From Mayamaea pseudoterrestris (taxonomy: Eukaryota), in the NCBI GenBank assembly GCA_027923505.1, contig BROI01000003.1, positions 1 to 64,000 of the forward strand: a stretch of DNA of 64,000 nucleotides, read 5' to 3'. Below are positions 1 through 10,855 of the stretch, one piece after another. The notes below the pieces were generated by a model that searched no databases, was not told where the DNA came from, and saw nothing but the letters and a program-made list of their open reading frames with translations. The stretch's first letter is position 1. Every line of letters begins with the position of its first letter. The translations under genes were made by a program, and so were the position numbers.

Positions 1-48
1 TGATCTCTGTGACCGACTCCATCGGCGATCGGAACAAGAAATCATCAG

Positions 49-56
49 TACCGGTA
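49..56. promoter_or_regulatory. TACCGGTA palindrome upstream of CDC40
   Basis: One of 8 intergenic perfect copies; function inferred from position only. Confidence 0.55.
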
Positions 57-169
57 GGATACTTGTGACATGCGGGAAACTGATGGCGGCGAGCGTCCTT
101 CCATCACCATGGAGGTCAAACTATCAAACAAGCTACTTTCAGACTATCATTTCTGATCAATCAAGATCT

Positions 170-2023
170 ATGGATTCATCAAGCGAAAGTTCTACAGGCG
201 ACGCCAGCGGAGACGAGGCAGCGCAAGTCGTGGCTATTCCAGCCGCTCGACCAAGAACTGCGGCCGTCCAACTTCCGGTCGTTCGAGCGGCTCCTCCAGT
301 GAATCCAACAGCGGCAACCCATTTACAAAGTATGCCTGCAGCAGCATCAAGTCTAGTGGTGCATCATAATCTAGCAACTGACTCGTCTCTTGCATTACGC
401 AACCTCAAGAAGGATCAGTTGCTGCCGCCAATCTCCAAGCCGCAACTCGAACTGTCGCTCACCAGTCATCAGCGCCAAAAACAGTTGCTCGGGCACAATG
501 TGCACTACGACCAGGACGACTTTCACCGCCAGCGCACGCTCTTTCAAGCCAAAGGCCAGGCGACGGCGCCCGAGTCGAGCGATCTAGTGCAGCGGACGAC
601 GCTTGGTTACGACGCGCCGCGACTCGCGCAGTTTGCGAAACGCGACGAGGAGCGAGCAACGCGCAAGCGCAAACTGTTGGACATTGCGAGCAAGGCGGCT
701 GATGACGACGTTTTGGTGGAACATAGCGACGACGAAGTCACGTATGGAATTTGGGGACCGCCGTCGCGCGAGCAAGTGCATTACCAGGAGAACTTGCTGT
801 CCGATATAGAGCGCGGCGTAGCACTGGCACCGGAGCAACTGGCGGAGCGCGAGTATATTTTCGAGCGAAACCGACAGCGCGGCATTGAACAAGAGGAAAC
901 GGAAAATTCGGCAACGTCGGCACTGGAGCGACGATTGGAACGAAACATGGCGCACTTGCTGCCGTCGCATAGTTCCAAGCAGCAGGCAATGGAGCCAAGC
1001 AGTACCTTTCATGGTTCCGAGCAAGTGGACTACAAGCAGCGTTCCTGGATTGCAGCGCCAGCTGGAATTGGTAGTTTGATTGAAAAGAGTGACCACAAGT
1101 GCAAGGTTCCACGCAAGTGTGTTTCCAAAATGATGCACTGTGACAAGGGCGTGCACCGGATTCGTTTGTTTCCAAAGTCGGGGCACTTGCTGCTTAGTGC
1201 TGGCTTGGATGGAACTTGTCGTGTTTGGAATGTTGCGGACAATCAATTGATGCGTATCTACAAGGGACACTCGGCTGGCGTTCGCGACGTGCAGTTCAAT
1301 TCGACGGGCGAGCAGTTTGTGAGTGCGTCGTTTGATCGCTACTTGCGCCTATGGGATACTGAATCGGGCAAGGTGCTGCAAACGTTTGGAAACAACAAGG
1401 TACCATATTGCGTCGAGTTTTATCCGCTCGATGACCACTACTTTGTGGTTGGATGCAGCGACAATAAGATTGTTGCGTACAATACAGAGACGGCCGAAAT
1501 TACGCAAGAGTACAATCACCACCTGGCGCCTGTGAATGCTATTTTGTTCGTCACGGGCGATGAAGGCGGCGTCAAGATGATTTCGACGGGTGATGACAAG
1601 AAGGTGCTTGTGTGGGAATGGGATATTGGCGTACCAATCAAGTATATCATGGATCCAACCATGCACAGCATGCCGTGCTTGGCACTGCATCCCGATGAGC
1701 AGTTTTTCGTTGGTCAATCGCTGGACAATACCATTGTCGTCTTTCAGGCAAATAAGAAGTTTGCCATGCAAAAGAAGAAGAAGTTTAGTGGGCACATTGT
1801 GAGCGGATATGCTTGTCAAATGGACTTTAGTCCGGATGGTCAGTACTTGGTGAGTGGAGACGGCAACGGCAATGTCTTTCTTTGGGATTGGAAAAGGCAC
1901 AAGATTTTACAAAAGTACAAGGCGCACAATCAAGGTCCGACGAGCTGTTGCGTTTGGCATCCGCTGGACCCGTCGACAATGATTAGTTGTGGATGGGATG
2001 GTTACATTAAGGTGTGGCAGTAA
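170..2023 (+). CDS. CDC40: Pre-mRNA-processing factor 17 (WD40 splicing factor)
   Basis: Long intronless ORF with FHG..E.DY..RSWI upstream of WD40 repeats (LLLSAGLDG, YNHHLAPVN, WEWDIGVPIKYI, MHSMP, FSGHIVSGYACQ), ending SCGWDGYIKVW. First ATG taken as start. Confidence 0.93.
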   Translation: MDSSSESSTGDASGDEAAQVVAIPAARPRTAAVQLPVVRAAPPVNPTAATHLQSMPAAASSLVVHHNLATDSSLALRNLKKDQLLPPISKPQLELSLTSHQRQKQLLGHNVHYDQDDFHRQRTLFQAKGQATAPESSDLVQRTTLGYDAPRLAQFAKRDEERATRKRKLLDIASKAADDDVLVEHSDDEVTYGIWGPPSREQVHYQENLLSDIERGVALAPEQLAEREYIFERNRQRGIEQEETENSATSALERRLERNMAHLLPSHSSKQQAMEPSSTFHGSEQVDYKQRSWIAAPAGIGSLIEKSDHKCKVPRKCVSKMMHCDKGVHRIRLFPKSGHLLLSAGLDGTCRVWNVADNQLMRIYKGHSAGVRDVQFNSTGEQFVSASFDRYLRLWDTESGKVLQTFGNNKVPYCVEFYPLDDHYFVVGCSDNKIVAYNTETAEITQEYNHHLAPVNAILFVTGDEGGVKMISTGDDKKVLVWEWDIGVPIKYIMDPTMHSMPCLALHPDEQFFVGQSLDNTIVVFQANKKFAMQKKKKFSGHIVSGYACQMDFSPDGQYLVSGDGNGNVFLWDWKRHKILQKYKAHNQGPTSCCVWHPLDPSTMISCGWDGYIKVWQ

Positions 2024-2429
2024 GCGACGGAGTATATACGGATTTTTTTAACGTAAACCTGCGGTAAAACGAGTAAAACCTAACGGTTTCAGTCCTCGAT
2101 GATATGCAGACTGGTAGCCTTGCAATGGGTGTGGTAGCTCTGTAATTGGTTGGTATACACGAGTCTTCCTTGCTTTGCTCGCAACACCTTGTTTCGAACC
2201 CCCGAGCAAGGCACATAGAAAGTAAGCATAGTTCCGCTCCGGTTTAATCCATCGATTATTACTCGACAAATTAAGTTCTATTTGATGTATTTAAACGCGT
2301 TAAAAGTGCGAAAACTCTTCAATTGGTCCGGTTGCATGGCATCGCTTAGCCAAGCGTCTTGCCTATAGACAACCAAGTACTTTTAAGACTTACGATATAG
2401 AAGCAATTCGCAAGATGCAACGGAATTAT

Positions 2430-2437
2430 TACCGGTA
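2430..2437. promoter_or_regulatory. TACCGGTA palindrome between convergent CDC40 and RPL18
   Basis: Perfect copy, but not upstream of an annotated gene. Confidence 0.4.
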
Positions 2438-2570
2438 GCATGTCTAATCCTGCAACACCGCCGTACATTCACACGCATTTTACTAACGAATATATAAACA
2501 AGACAAAACGCTAATTTGAATTGAAAATTCGAGAAGTCTACTACCATTAGTGTACCTGTAGCTAATGCTT

Positions 2571-3149
2571 TTAGACCTTGAATCCACGGGAACGACGACG
2601 TCCACGAGCCTTTTCGAACTTGCGTCCCTTGCTGCGGGTGTAGGGCTTGACGTTGGTATGCGTGTGTGGGTTGGTCACCGAAGTGCTGTGTCCAAAGTGA
2701 GCCAGCGCCTCTCGCGACTTGGGGCCTCGCAGCAAGACAGTGTTTGATCCACGGGGACTGCGGAGCGCCAATTGATCAAGCGTAATGCACTCTCCGCCTG
2801 CTGCGAGAATGCGCTTGCGAGCAGTCTCCGTAAAGCCCAAGGCGCAAACGGAAACCTTGGGGCATTCCAGCATGCGAACGTCGTCGGTAACCTTTCCAAC
2901 AATCACAGCCGTCTTGCCTTCCTTCTTGCTCATGTACTTGGACAGACGATGCAATCCCATGGGTGGCTGGTTCACCTTTGACATGTGCAGACGCTTCAAG
3001 ATGGTGTACGAGAACTTGGAGTCTGTTCTGCGGTATATGAACTTGTAAAGCTTGATCAAAAGGCGGTTGTATGGATTCTCACTCTTGACCTTCTTCATTG
3101 AAGATTTGTGGCCGACACGGCGGCCACCGGCTACTAAATCGATACCCAT
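2571..3149 (-). CDS. RPL18: 60S ribosomal protein L18 (eL18)
   Basis: MGIDL start, [34 protein letters not shown]-terminal [20 protein letters not shown]. Intronless. Confidence 0.97.
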   Translation of the reverse strand: MGIDLVAGGRRVGHKSSMKKVKSENPYNRLLIKLYKFIYRRTDSKFSYTILKRLHMSKVNQPPMGLHRLSKYMSKKEGKTAVIVGKVTDDVRMLECPKVSVCALGFTETARKRILAAGGECITLDQLALRSPRGSNTVLLRGPKSREALAHFGHSTSVTNPHTHTNVKPYTRSKGRKFEKARGRRRSRGFKV

Positions 3150-3351
3150 GGTTTATATGAGAGTCAAGAAATATAACAGCTTACTGAAAGACAGGAACAA
3201 GGCTGACAGACTGCACAATCCTTGTGTGCCGAATAGTAGACGAAAACAACATTTGGCGCTAGTAACGCGGTATAGAGTAAAACCAAATCTGTTGCGTGTG
3301 CTCCGCATATTCAGTCGATTTGGCGATCCCAAGTGATGTAATCTGGCCTCG

Positions 3352-3359
3352 TACCGGTA
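3352..3359. promoter_or_regulatory. TACCGGTA palindrome in the RPL18 / enoyl-CoA hydratase divergent promoter
   Basis: Extended palindrome GTACCGGTAC. Confidence 0.6.
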
Positions 3360-3435
3360 CCTAGCAATTTGCCATTGTTTTCTTTCAACTTCGCATTCAC
3401 TCAAACAATACAGATCTTGTGGTCGCTCTGCCACC

Positions 3436-4625
3436 ATGAGCTTCATTCCATCGCTTCGAATTGCTCGTAGATTGATTGGTCACCGGCAGAGCTTTCGTCT
3501 TGCGTCGTCGTCGGCGGCGACCGTCACCGACGACACAACGACGACGACCGCGCCTGGAGACTTGGTTCGCTGGGACCTTGACACTAGCTCCAACATAGGG
3601 ACCATTACACTCAGCTCACCATTGACGTTCAATGCCTTGACGGTAGAAATGGGACAGGAGTTTTCTCAAGTTTGTCGAACGCTGGAGCGAGAGTTGACGA
3701 CGGGCGGAGTTGAATGTCACGCCATTGTTCTTTCGGGCGAGGGCGACAAAGCGGCAAGTAATTGCGGAGAATGAATCAAATGAAAATGGGCATGTATCAG
3801 CGAATGAATGTACTAAACTAAAAATTACCCTTCTCTGCTTGACTGCAGTTCTCCGCCGGCGGAAATTTTGATTGGTTACGATCTTTGCGAAACAATAGCG
3901 TACATCAAAATGCTGATTTGATGCTTCAATTTTATCATTCCTTTCTATGTATTCGCAAGGTTCCAGTCCCCGTGATTGCCGCCTTGCAGGGTCCGGCGAT
4001 TGGAGCTGGCGCCGGATTGGCATTGGCGTGTGACATGCGGACCGCAGCCGACAAGCCCAAGATTTTGGGATTCACCTTTGCAACACTTGGCATTCATTCG
4101 GGAATGGGTGGTTCGCATCTTTTGAACAAGTCACTTGGAGGACCGGCAGCAATCATGAATGAAATACTGTTCACTGGTAAAGTGCTGTCTGGAAAGGAGT
4201 GTTACGATCTCAAGCTGGTGAACCGACTCTCGGACGATGCCAAAGCTGATGCGTATACGCTTGCTGACCAAATAGCGAAGCAACATCCTGTGGCTGTCCG
4301 AACAATGCTCAAGGTATGTCAGTGAATGCTGGGAAGCGATTTGTGCGTAGGTTTTCCTTACTCACTGGACGCTTATTGGGTCAGACTGTGCGCTCGCAAC
4401 AGGATGTGGGATTGGAAGCGGCCTTGCAGCGCGAAGCTCTCTCGCAAGCTGGTAAGCAGCGTTTGCCTCGAGCGAACATATGCAGTACAAACTTGTCTCA
4501 TGTTCAATCATTCTGTTCTTTCTTTTGCAACGCCAGTGTGCTACAATCGTGTCGATTGGGGCGAAGGTGTCGATGCTGTGGCAGAGAAGAGAGAACCAAA
4601 CTTTGATGGCTATCATTCTCACTAG
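3436..4625 (+). CDS. Enoyl-CoA hydratase/isomerase (crotonase family), probably mitochondrial; 4 exons
   Basis: Exons 3436-3753, 3849-4313, 4385-4451, 4537-4625. Splicing restores GEGDKA|FSAGG; PVIAALQGPAIGAGAGLALACDMR motif; Arg/Ser-rich N-terminus resembles a presequence. Intron 1 is GC-AG. Confidence 0.88.
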
Positions 4626-5070
4626 CATAGAAGTCACATTACATTAAAAAAAATCACATTTTAACTGTAACAATCTGATGTAGCACCACTTCGATGCGAG
4701 TGAATGCGCTTTTTTAAGGCCATTGATCAACTTGCGGATCGATCCAACCAAAAAAGTTAGACCTGCACAAGAATGCACGAATCCTAATGCATCACTGGAA
4801 TGTACTGCAAAGCCATGATTAACAAGCGGAGATTATATAGTTTGCATATGGTAACATAACGTTTTGCGCTAGAGTAGGTAGTCCTTCCCTTGATCGTCAC
4901 ACTGGATACATAGCTAATTTACGACTAACTTGCGCTCGAGGCATCAGTTCGGATTTGGCCGATGTCTTGAACATGGAGTCGAAGGGGCAATGTTAAAGAA
5001 GAGTCATCCATTGGTAGGGCTATTCCAATCAGGACGCATCATCGTTGAAGCATCTTCACAAGTTGATGCC

Positions 5071-6045
5071 ATGACCTCACACATGCATCAAACACGATCG
5101 CCAAACGATGACGACCAACCGACATGCTCGTGTCAGCATCTTGACGGGTTGGAGTCGACAATTGAGCGAAAAATGCCAATGCCTCGTTACAATTTCGGCA
5201 GAATGGCTCGTCGCAGCAGCAAAATCAAGTCTGGCAAGCGCCAGCGCAAGCAGCAGCGACTCAACAACATTGACGGCAGCAGCAGCTCCGAACACCGACT
5301 CCTACTGCACAAGCCTCTCATCAATGTCGAACAAGCCGTCGACACTGCACTACTTTGTGGCAATCGTCTCGTTCCCAACGAACTTTCGCTGCTGATTGGC
5401 GGTTACTACCGGGATTGCTTGGCACACGCGGTGCAGGAGCGCATCCAAGTCAACTACTACGAGCTGGAAGCCAAGACTCGCTTCACGCGACACGCGCAAG
5501 CCTTGCTGCAGGAGATTGTTCTCTACATGGAGCAGTACAAGAATAACACAAGCATTGTCTTGGCACCAACCATTCACTTATTGTCGTCACTCTTTTTCGC
5601 CAATCGAAACATTAAGTCGGATGTATTCAATGGTTCCATTGACGTAGTGCTGACGGCCGTCGAGAATCATCCAAACGAGCTTGGCTTTTTGCTGCTCGAG
5701 TACCTCTTTGCCGTCTTTGACTCGTACGTTCGAAACGCACAGTCACCGTCGGGAGACGCTCATCCCGTCGTCACGTGGAATAGCCAGTGCGTCAAGCATT
5801 TGCTGGACCATGAGGCAGCAATTGACCTTGTGCTTGCGGCGGCGGCGAACTTGGCTTCGTCAACGAGCGGAAACGGCAAGTACACGCAGGCCGACTCGCT
5901 GCGCATTGGCTGGGTGGTGACCAAGGTCTTTTGCATTTACTTGGAAGACAATTCGACGAGTCCGCATGTGGATGCGTTGCCGCGTTTCAATGAAGTGAGC
6001 ACCAGCATTGGAAACACGATTGAGGAGCTACCCGAAACGGATTGA
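5071..6045 (+). CDS. Hypothetical protein (orphan, basic N-terminus, helical)
   Basis: Open frame over 300 aa with no recognised motif. Start uncertain (5071 or 5173). Confidence 0.6.
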   Translation: MTSHMHQTRSPNDDDQPTCSCQHLDGLESTIERKMPMPRYNFGRMARRSSKIKSGKRQRKQQRLNNIDGSSSSEHRLLLHKPLINVEQAVDTALLCGNRLVPNELSLLIGGYYRDCLAHAVQERIQVNYYELEAKTRFTRHAQALLQEIVLYMEQYKNNTSIVLAPTIHLLSSLFFANRNIKSDVFNGSIDVVLTAVENHPNELGFLLLEYLFAVFDSYVRNAQSPSGDAHPVVTWNSQCVKHLLDHEAAIDLVLAAAANLASSTSGNGKYTQADSLRIGWVVTKVFCIYLEDNSTSPHVDALPRFNEVSTSIGNTIEELPETD

Positions 6046-6501
6046 GTTGCTTGCGGGAGAAAGTGTGGCGGAGGGATAAGGGAGAGACGTAAACAGTTTT
6101 GGGGCGTGTGTATGTGCAGATTAACTAGTCTAATCTGGCGTGTTATGTAAAGCAGTAAACATAGGCATCAAGTATACGTACAGTAGTACAGTACTTGGTT
6201 GGCGACGTTTTTGTGGGTCATTTTACTTGGTCATCGGACCATCGGCGACAAGTCTATGAAAGATTGACGTTACCGAATTGCCGACCCACTACTAAGTAGT
6301 AACTTGGTTTATGTTTATGCTTATTGTAGATTGTGCGGGCTTGTTTTGAGCGGGATCAAGCGTGGTACTTGTATAGATGGAACAGCACTTTGTATCGTAG
6401 CGGTTATTAAACGCATCGCAGTGGTTCTCGCTCATCGGGCAAAGCAGCACAGTGCGATGCCAAAGAAAAAACATCGGCTGCTCGATCTATGCACGCTAAT
6501 C

Positions 6502-7617
6502 ATGGTCCCACAAAGAGCCATTGCTTTTTCCATAGCTGCCTTGACTACCATGCAACTTGTCGTAGCGCTGAGTGAGAATCGAACGCCTTTAAACAGCAAG
6601 AATCGACGTCACTTTTTGTCGTCCATCTTGACATCGTCATCCGTTCCATTCGCTGCCGCAACAACAGCTTTTGCGTTGCTTCCGCCGTCTCCTTCCCTCG
6701 CCGTCCGAGGTGCCGCCGAGCTGGACTTGGAGTACTACGCACGTGACTTGTTCGGAGGCAACCGCCGCGAAGGAAACGTTGAAACGTCGCGTGGTCCGCC
6801 AATGCCTCCACCTCGCAACATCGAGGAGCCCCTGCGTTCCATGCTACTGACGGAAGACGCTTCCTGCATACCAAAGAATGTCTTGGTGACAATGCTGGCT
6901 CGTTCGAAGGCAAGCAGTCTCGAGACAAGGTTTGACATGGAGCGTTTGGTGCAAGATCGCTTCGTTGATGTCCGTTCCAAGTCGGCCAAGGCATTTTACG
7001 CGCGGGCGCCCTACGCTGCAGAAACGTTGAGCGACCAGTACTACTTTGACTTGTCGGCGTATGCACTATGGAGGACGGCTGGGGATTTGCTGTCCAATCC
7101 AGTGGACAGAGACGCGTTTGTGCGTCAAGTTGGACGAGACTTGTATCAGCGAATGCTGTCCGACAAAATGATGATTGCCGCCCCTTTTAATGAACTGTCG
7201 CGCTTTAAAATAAGCGCCACTACAGTCGGATGGCGAAGTATGCTCGATGTGTTTGTAACGCATGGCTTCATCAAGAGCTATCGTTTGACTGGAGCAGCCG
7301 AAAGTAATAGCGATGAACCCGACTCGAATGTGTTTGACGAGCTCGACGATGAAGCCTTGAATAATGGTGCCACCGTCGACTGCTTGCTGTCCATTATTGA
7401 ACCTGCAACACTGGGAGCAGCCTTGCAGATTACGGGCGAGCAGTCCCGATTCGCTCCCGATTACATTGGGCCAACGTGTGCGGCACTACTGGAAGGATAT
7501 GGTTTGAAATGCACTTGGGAAACCTACTTTGTCGACAATGAGTATCGGCCAAATCCCAAAGACTATTTTCCGAATGAGCAATTGATACAGTTTACCATTT
7601 TAAAGAGCATTGCATGA
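6502..7617 (+). CDS. Conserved-looking hypothetical protein, predicted plastid/thylakoid lumen
   Basis: Hydrophobic signal peptide, then RRHFL twin-arginine plus a hydrophobic stretch ending SLA; mature part begins VRGAAELDLEYY and ends YFVDNEYRPNPKDYFPNEQLIQFTI. Confidence 0.75.
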   Translation: MVPQRAIAFSIAALTTMQLVVALSENRTPLNSKNRRHFLSSILTSSSVPFAAATTAFALLPPSPSLAVRGAAELDLEYYARDLFGGNRREGNVETSRGPPMPPPRNIEEPLRSMLLTEDASCIPKNVLVTMLARSKASSLETRFDMERLVQDRFVDVRSKSAKAFYARAPYAAETLSDQYYFDLSAYALWRTAGDLLSNPVDRDAFVRQVGRDLYQRMLSDKMMIAAPFNELSRFKISATTVGWRSMLDVFVTHGFIKSYRLTGAAESNSDEPDSNVFDELDDEALNNGATVDCLLSIIEPATLGAALQITGEQSRFAPDYIGPTCAALLEGYGLKCTWETYFVDNEYRPNPKDYFPNEQLIQFTILKSIA

Positions 7618-8403
7618 TAAAATAAGGGCTGCCATTGATGCAACTCGGTGGCATACTTCTTCGCAACGAGCACGTTAATGCCCGGTTAATCATATGGTCA
7701 TGGCAGATCCGTACTCATAACAAACACGTCTTCGGAGTAATACCAACAATGGCTCTGTGGGTAAAATGTGTCAAGTGTTCTCCAACGATTACTTGTACTT
7801 GTCTCCTACTGCTGGCGCCTAGCTCTTGTCTCCTCGAACTGATGGTGGTAGGTGACGAGTATTTACACGCAGAACAAGGGTGTATTCGATTTTTGATATA
7901 TCGCGACTTTCATATACTGCTACAAGATTCCTATTAGCTGGTTTTGTATATGCGAGGCTCGCTACTGTGTTTGTTAAAGAGCAGTATACAATGGCAGCAT
8001 TTTGGACGTCGCATGCCTCCGCTAAGTTTCCTTTGCTTTTCAATCAGTGAAACGATTCTGCAAAGTATCTTCTTATGATTCGAAAGTGTCATGTAACTTG
8101 ATGGAGACGATTATGGAAACGTATATTGCTCCCTTGGGCAACGGTCAAGTGCGCGGGAGTTTACGAGCTTGTTGCACTCAAGATGGAGAGGCAGGTCCAG
8201 CTCATGTAAGATGTTTCATTCATACCTACTAGAGTGTATAAACACCTAATCGTTCGTAAGGTGGCGTTTTAAGTATTACTTGAGGTCGCGTGCTTGATGA
8301 GTCAAGCTCAGTCCAACCTGACGCACCCTCATCCTTCGAGGTGTACTGGTGACTGCCAATGTTCACTGGCGAGTGCCCATCGCCTCGACACGTCTGATGT
8401 ACA

Positions 8404-9301
8404 TTACAGCATTGATGCCACCGTGCTGACGGAATCGTCATCTTGGATGTAACGATAGTGGCTTTTGCCGCTTGGATCCTTGGGCTCCGAAGGAGGCTTT
8501 GGGCGGGCCTCAATCGTGGCCACCTTCGCTTGGGTCATCTGGAGCTCCAAACCGAGCGCGGTAATGACGTCAACCAAGTCGCTGTGGTTCTTTTCGTTCT
8601 CCTTGTTGAAACGATTGAACGACGCGCGATCCAAGAGGAATACTACACGCAAGAATGTGACCATCCAAATGAAGAAAAGGAACCAGCCAAAAGGAGACAA
8701 CGGTTTATTGGCCGCGACCATCCAAGCCTAAAGATGCAAAGTGAAAAGGGTTAATCTCATAAGGTTGAATTGGATTGTCACCAGGGAGGATACAGCACGC
8801 GCACGACTGTGAATGAAAGACCAACTTTTTACGCACCTTTGGCGCCTCCGACGCCATGCTTGTTGTACCAAACTCGTAGAGAAAGCCATCAAGACGAGCG
8901 AGCGGCGTGAGAAACGTACGAATCGCGTCCTTCATAATGAATGGCTGCTTGACGAGAGAACTTGGCGTCAAATTCGACTCCACACCGTTCTTGTAGAGAA
9001 ATCCGTCGGGACGAGCGAGCGGTGCAAAGAAAGTAAACATCGCGCCCTTCATGGTGACCGGCTGCTTAAAGAAAGACTGCATTGTCAGAAAAGAAATCCA
9101 AACAGCGATAGTCGCAATGTGGTGCTCAGTCCTGCGTACCTTTGCCGCCTCCGACGCCCGGTTCGCACCAGTCTCGACGACACACCCGTGGGGGCAGGCG
9201 AGCGGCGGCACATTAAAGGTTCGTAGCATGTCGTCGCAGAGATAACTGTCAGCCCAAGCGGAACCAGCAATGAGAGCGATGATAAAGACAATGCACTTCA
9301 T
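8404..9301 (-). CDS. Hypothetical secreted/membrane protein; 3 exons
   Basis: Signal peptide MKCIVFIIALIAGSAWA. GT-AG introns 9077-9139 and 8728-8836 join in phase to the 8404-8721 ORF, which has a TM helix (FGWFLFFIWMVTFL). Internal ~39-aa duplication. Confidence 0.6.
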
Positions 9302-9603
9302 GGTGAGGATCGAGTGCAAAAACGTGGAGCGATGACATTGTGAGAGATCCAATTTGGAGCGGGATCCGGGTTCCCCATTTCAGCACGATGGCGCAGTAGC
9401 TATCTGCGCGGTACCTAAAGTGGTATTTTGCGCTCACGTGCCCCCAGGGATAGTCTATAGCAAGGGACTGACGCATGAAGGATGGCAAGTATAACTGTGC
9501 ATCGTTAAAGTTGACCGATGTGATACGGTACCTATGGAGGAGAAGGCGAACTAACTCTACCGCACTAATAGTTGCGCAGAAAACGATCTCAGCGTAAATA
9601 TGC

Positions 9604-10554
9604 TTACAATAGTTTGTTAAGGATCTGGCGGTAGTCGTCGTCCTCCATGGCAAGTTCTTGCAAGATAGTGAGCAGTGTTTCGATAATTTTTTGAAGCGCT
9701 TTGATAGCCGACTGTAACTGCAGTAAATTTGCGGCGTCCGGCTCCTTCTTTGCTTTGATGGCAAGGTGTCACATTATAAGAAGCTTGATTTTAATTATTT
9801 GTTTGAGCTTCATACATTCTTTTTCCAAACCTGTCATCTTTTTGCCATATTTGCCATATTTGCGGCATCTGCGGAGCGAGTGGAATATACATGCTTGCCA
9901 GTTGAAATAGCCACGGTAAAATTGGAATCAAAATGATTACGATCGAAACTCGGGCGACAATGGACGCATTTTGGAGACACTTCTGAGTGAAGTAAATGGA
10001 TGCCGCATTCTTGGCCGCCGTACTATTCGGCTATTTGCCGCGTATTTTGCGTGGCTGCATCGTCGGTGTATGAAGAATTTGGCGCGGGAGTTGACGTTGC
10101 GCGTCAGGTTCCAAGTGAAACTCACTTGCATCGATGCTGGAGTCGGCAACAAGGCACAGATCCTTGATTGTGTCCGTCATAACTTCCATGACTTCTTTCG
10201 CAATAGCCGTCGACGCAATGATGGGCGAGGAATGAGGCTTAATGATGTGCTTGTCGACTTGCAGCGACGCCGGCAACTCGGACATCGCAGGGGTCGGAGA
10301 ACCGAGAGCAACGGAGGCCTTATTATTGAACTGCTTATAAAATTATGTATTTAGAACGATAATGGCACGAGGCAAACATTGGTGAGCGGAAGATATTGTC
10401 ATAGCAGCAGAACTTGGAAATTACAGAGTCACATCAGTGCGCGTACCTCTAGCGCCGCCGCCATGCGGTCAGATTTGAAGCCGAAGCCGACCTTTCCATC
10501 GACGCTAGCTACAATGACGAAGATAACAAAGATGATCAAGACAAGGGATAGCAT
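9604..10554 (-). pseudogene. Disrupted gene for a signal-peptide/TM/coiled-coil protein
   Basis: Signal peptide MLSLVLIIFVIFVIVASVDG and an in-phase intron (10331/10334-10446). Then in-frame TAG at 10031-10033, an apparent frameshift in the T run near 9839-9843 and TGA at 9769-9771, before a helical C-terminus (LAIKAKKEPDAANLLQLQ...ILNKLL*). Confidence 0.55.
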
Positions 10555-10855
10555 TGTGAAGGAGGGAAGGAATCCCAAAAGTTATCTCTGTGCGAGATTT
10601 TGCGTCCACGATGCCGCAGCTGCGCTTCTTGACCGTTACTCGTGTAAACCACTGCGACGTAGTTTTGGATCGCCATGACGACGAGTCGCGGAAAAAATCC
10701 ACTCGTCGGAGCGGTTTTTAAACCGTTTCGCTCCGCGCGGCGACGCTGCGACCGCCTCCGCCACAATCCACAGTCGCCTCGCTGCTGCTGCTCTCATTCT
10801 CAACTTATCAGTGGCATCTTTAGCATATTCAGTTTACTCTCATTGAAACGATTCA

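Noticed and set aside
65..169. GTG/TTG-initiated N-terminal extensions in the ORF track (also 4930, 6304, 29751, 55599, 58581)
   Set aside because: Eukaryotic nuclear genes; downstream ATGs give sensible starts and targeting peptides.
2188..2204. B-box-like GGTTCGAAAC on the minus strand
   Set aside because: No flanking tRNA stems or A-box found.
9769..9771. In-frame TGA (also at 13512-13514) as possible selenocysteine
   Set aside because: Occurs alongside TAG/TAA stops and frameshifts, has no redox motif context and no SECIS seen; decay is the simpler explanation.
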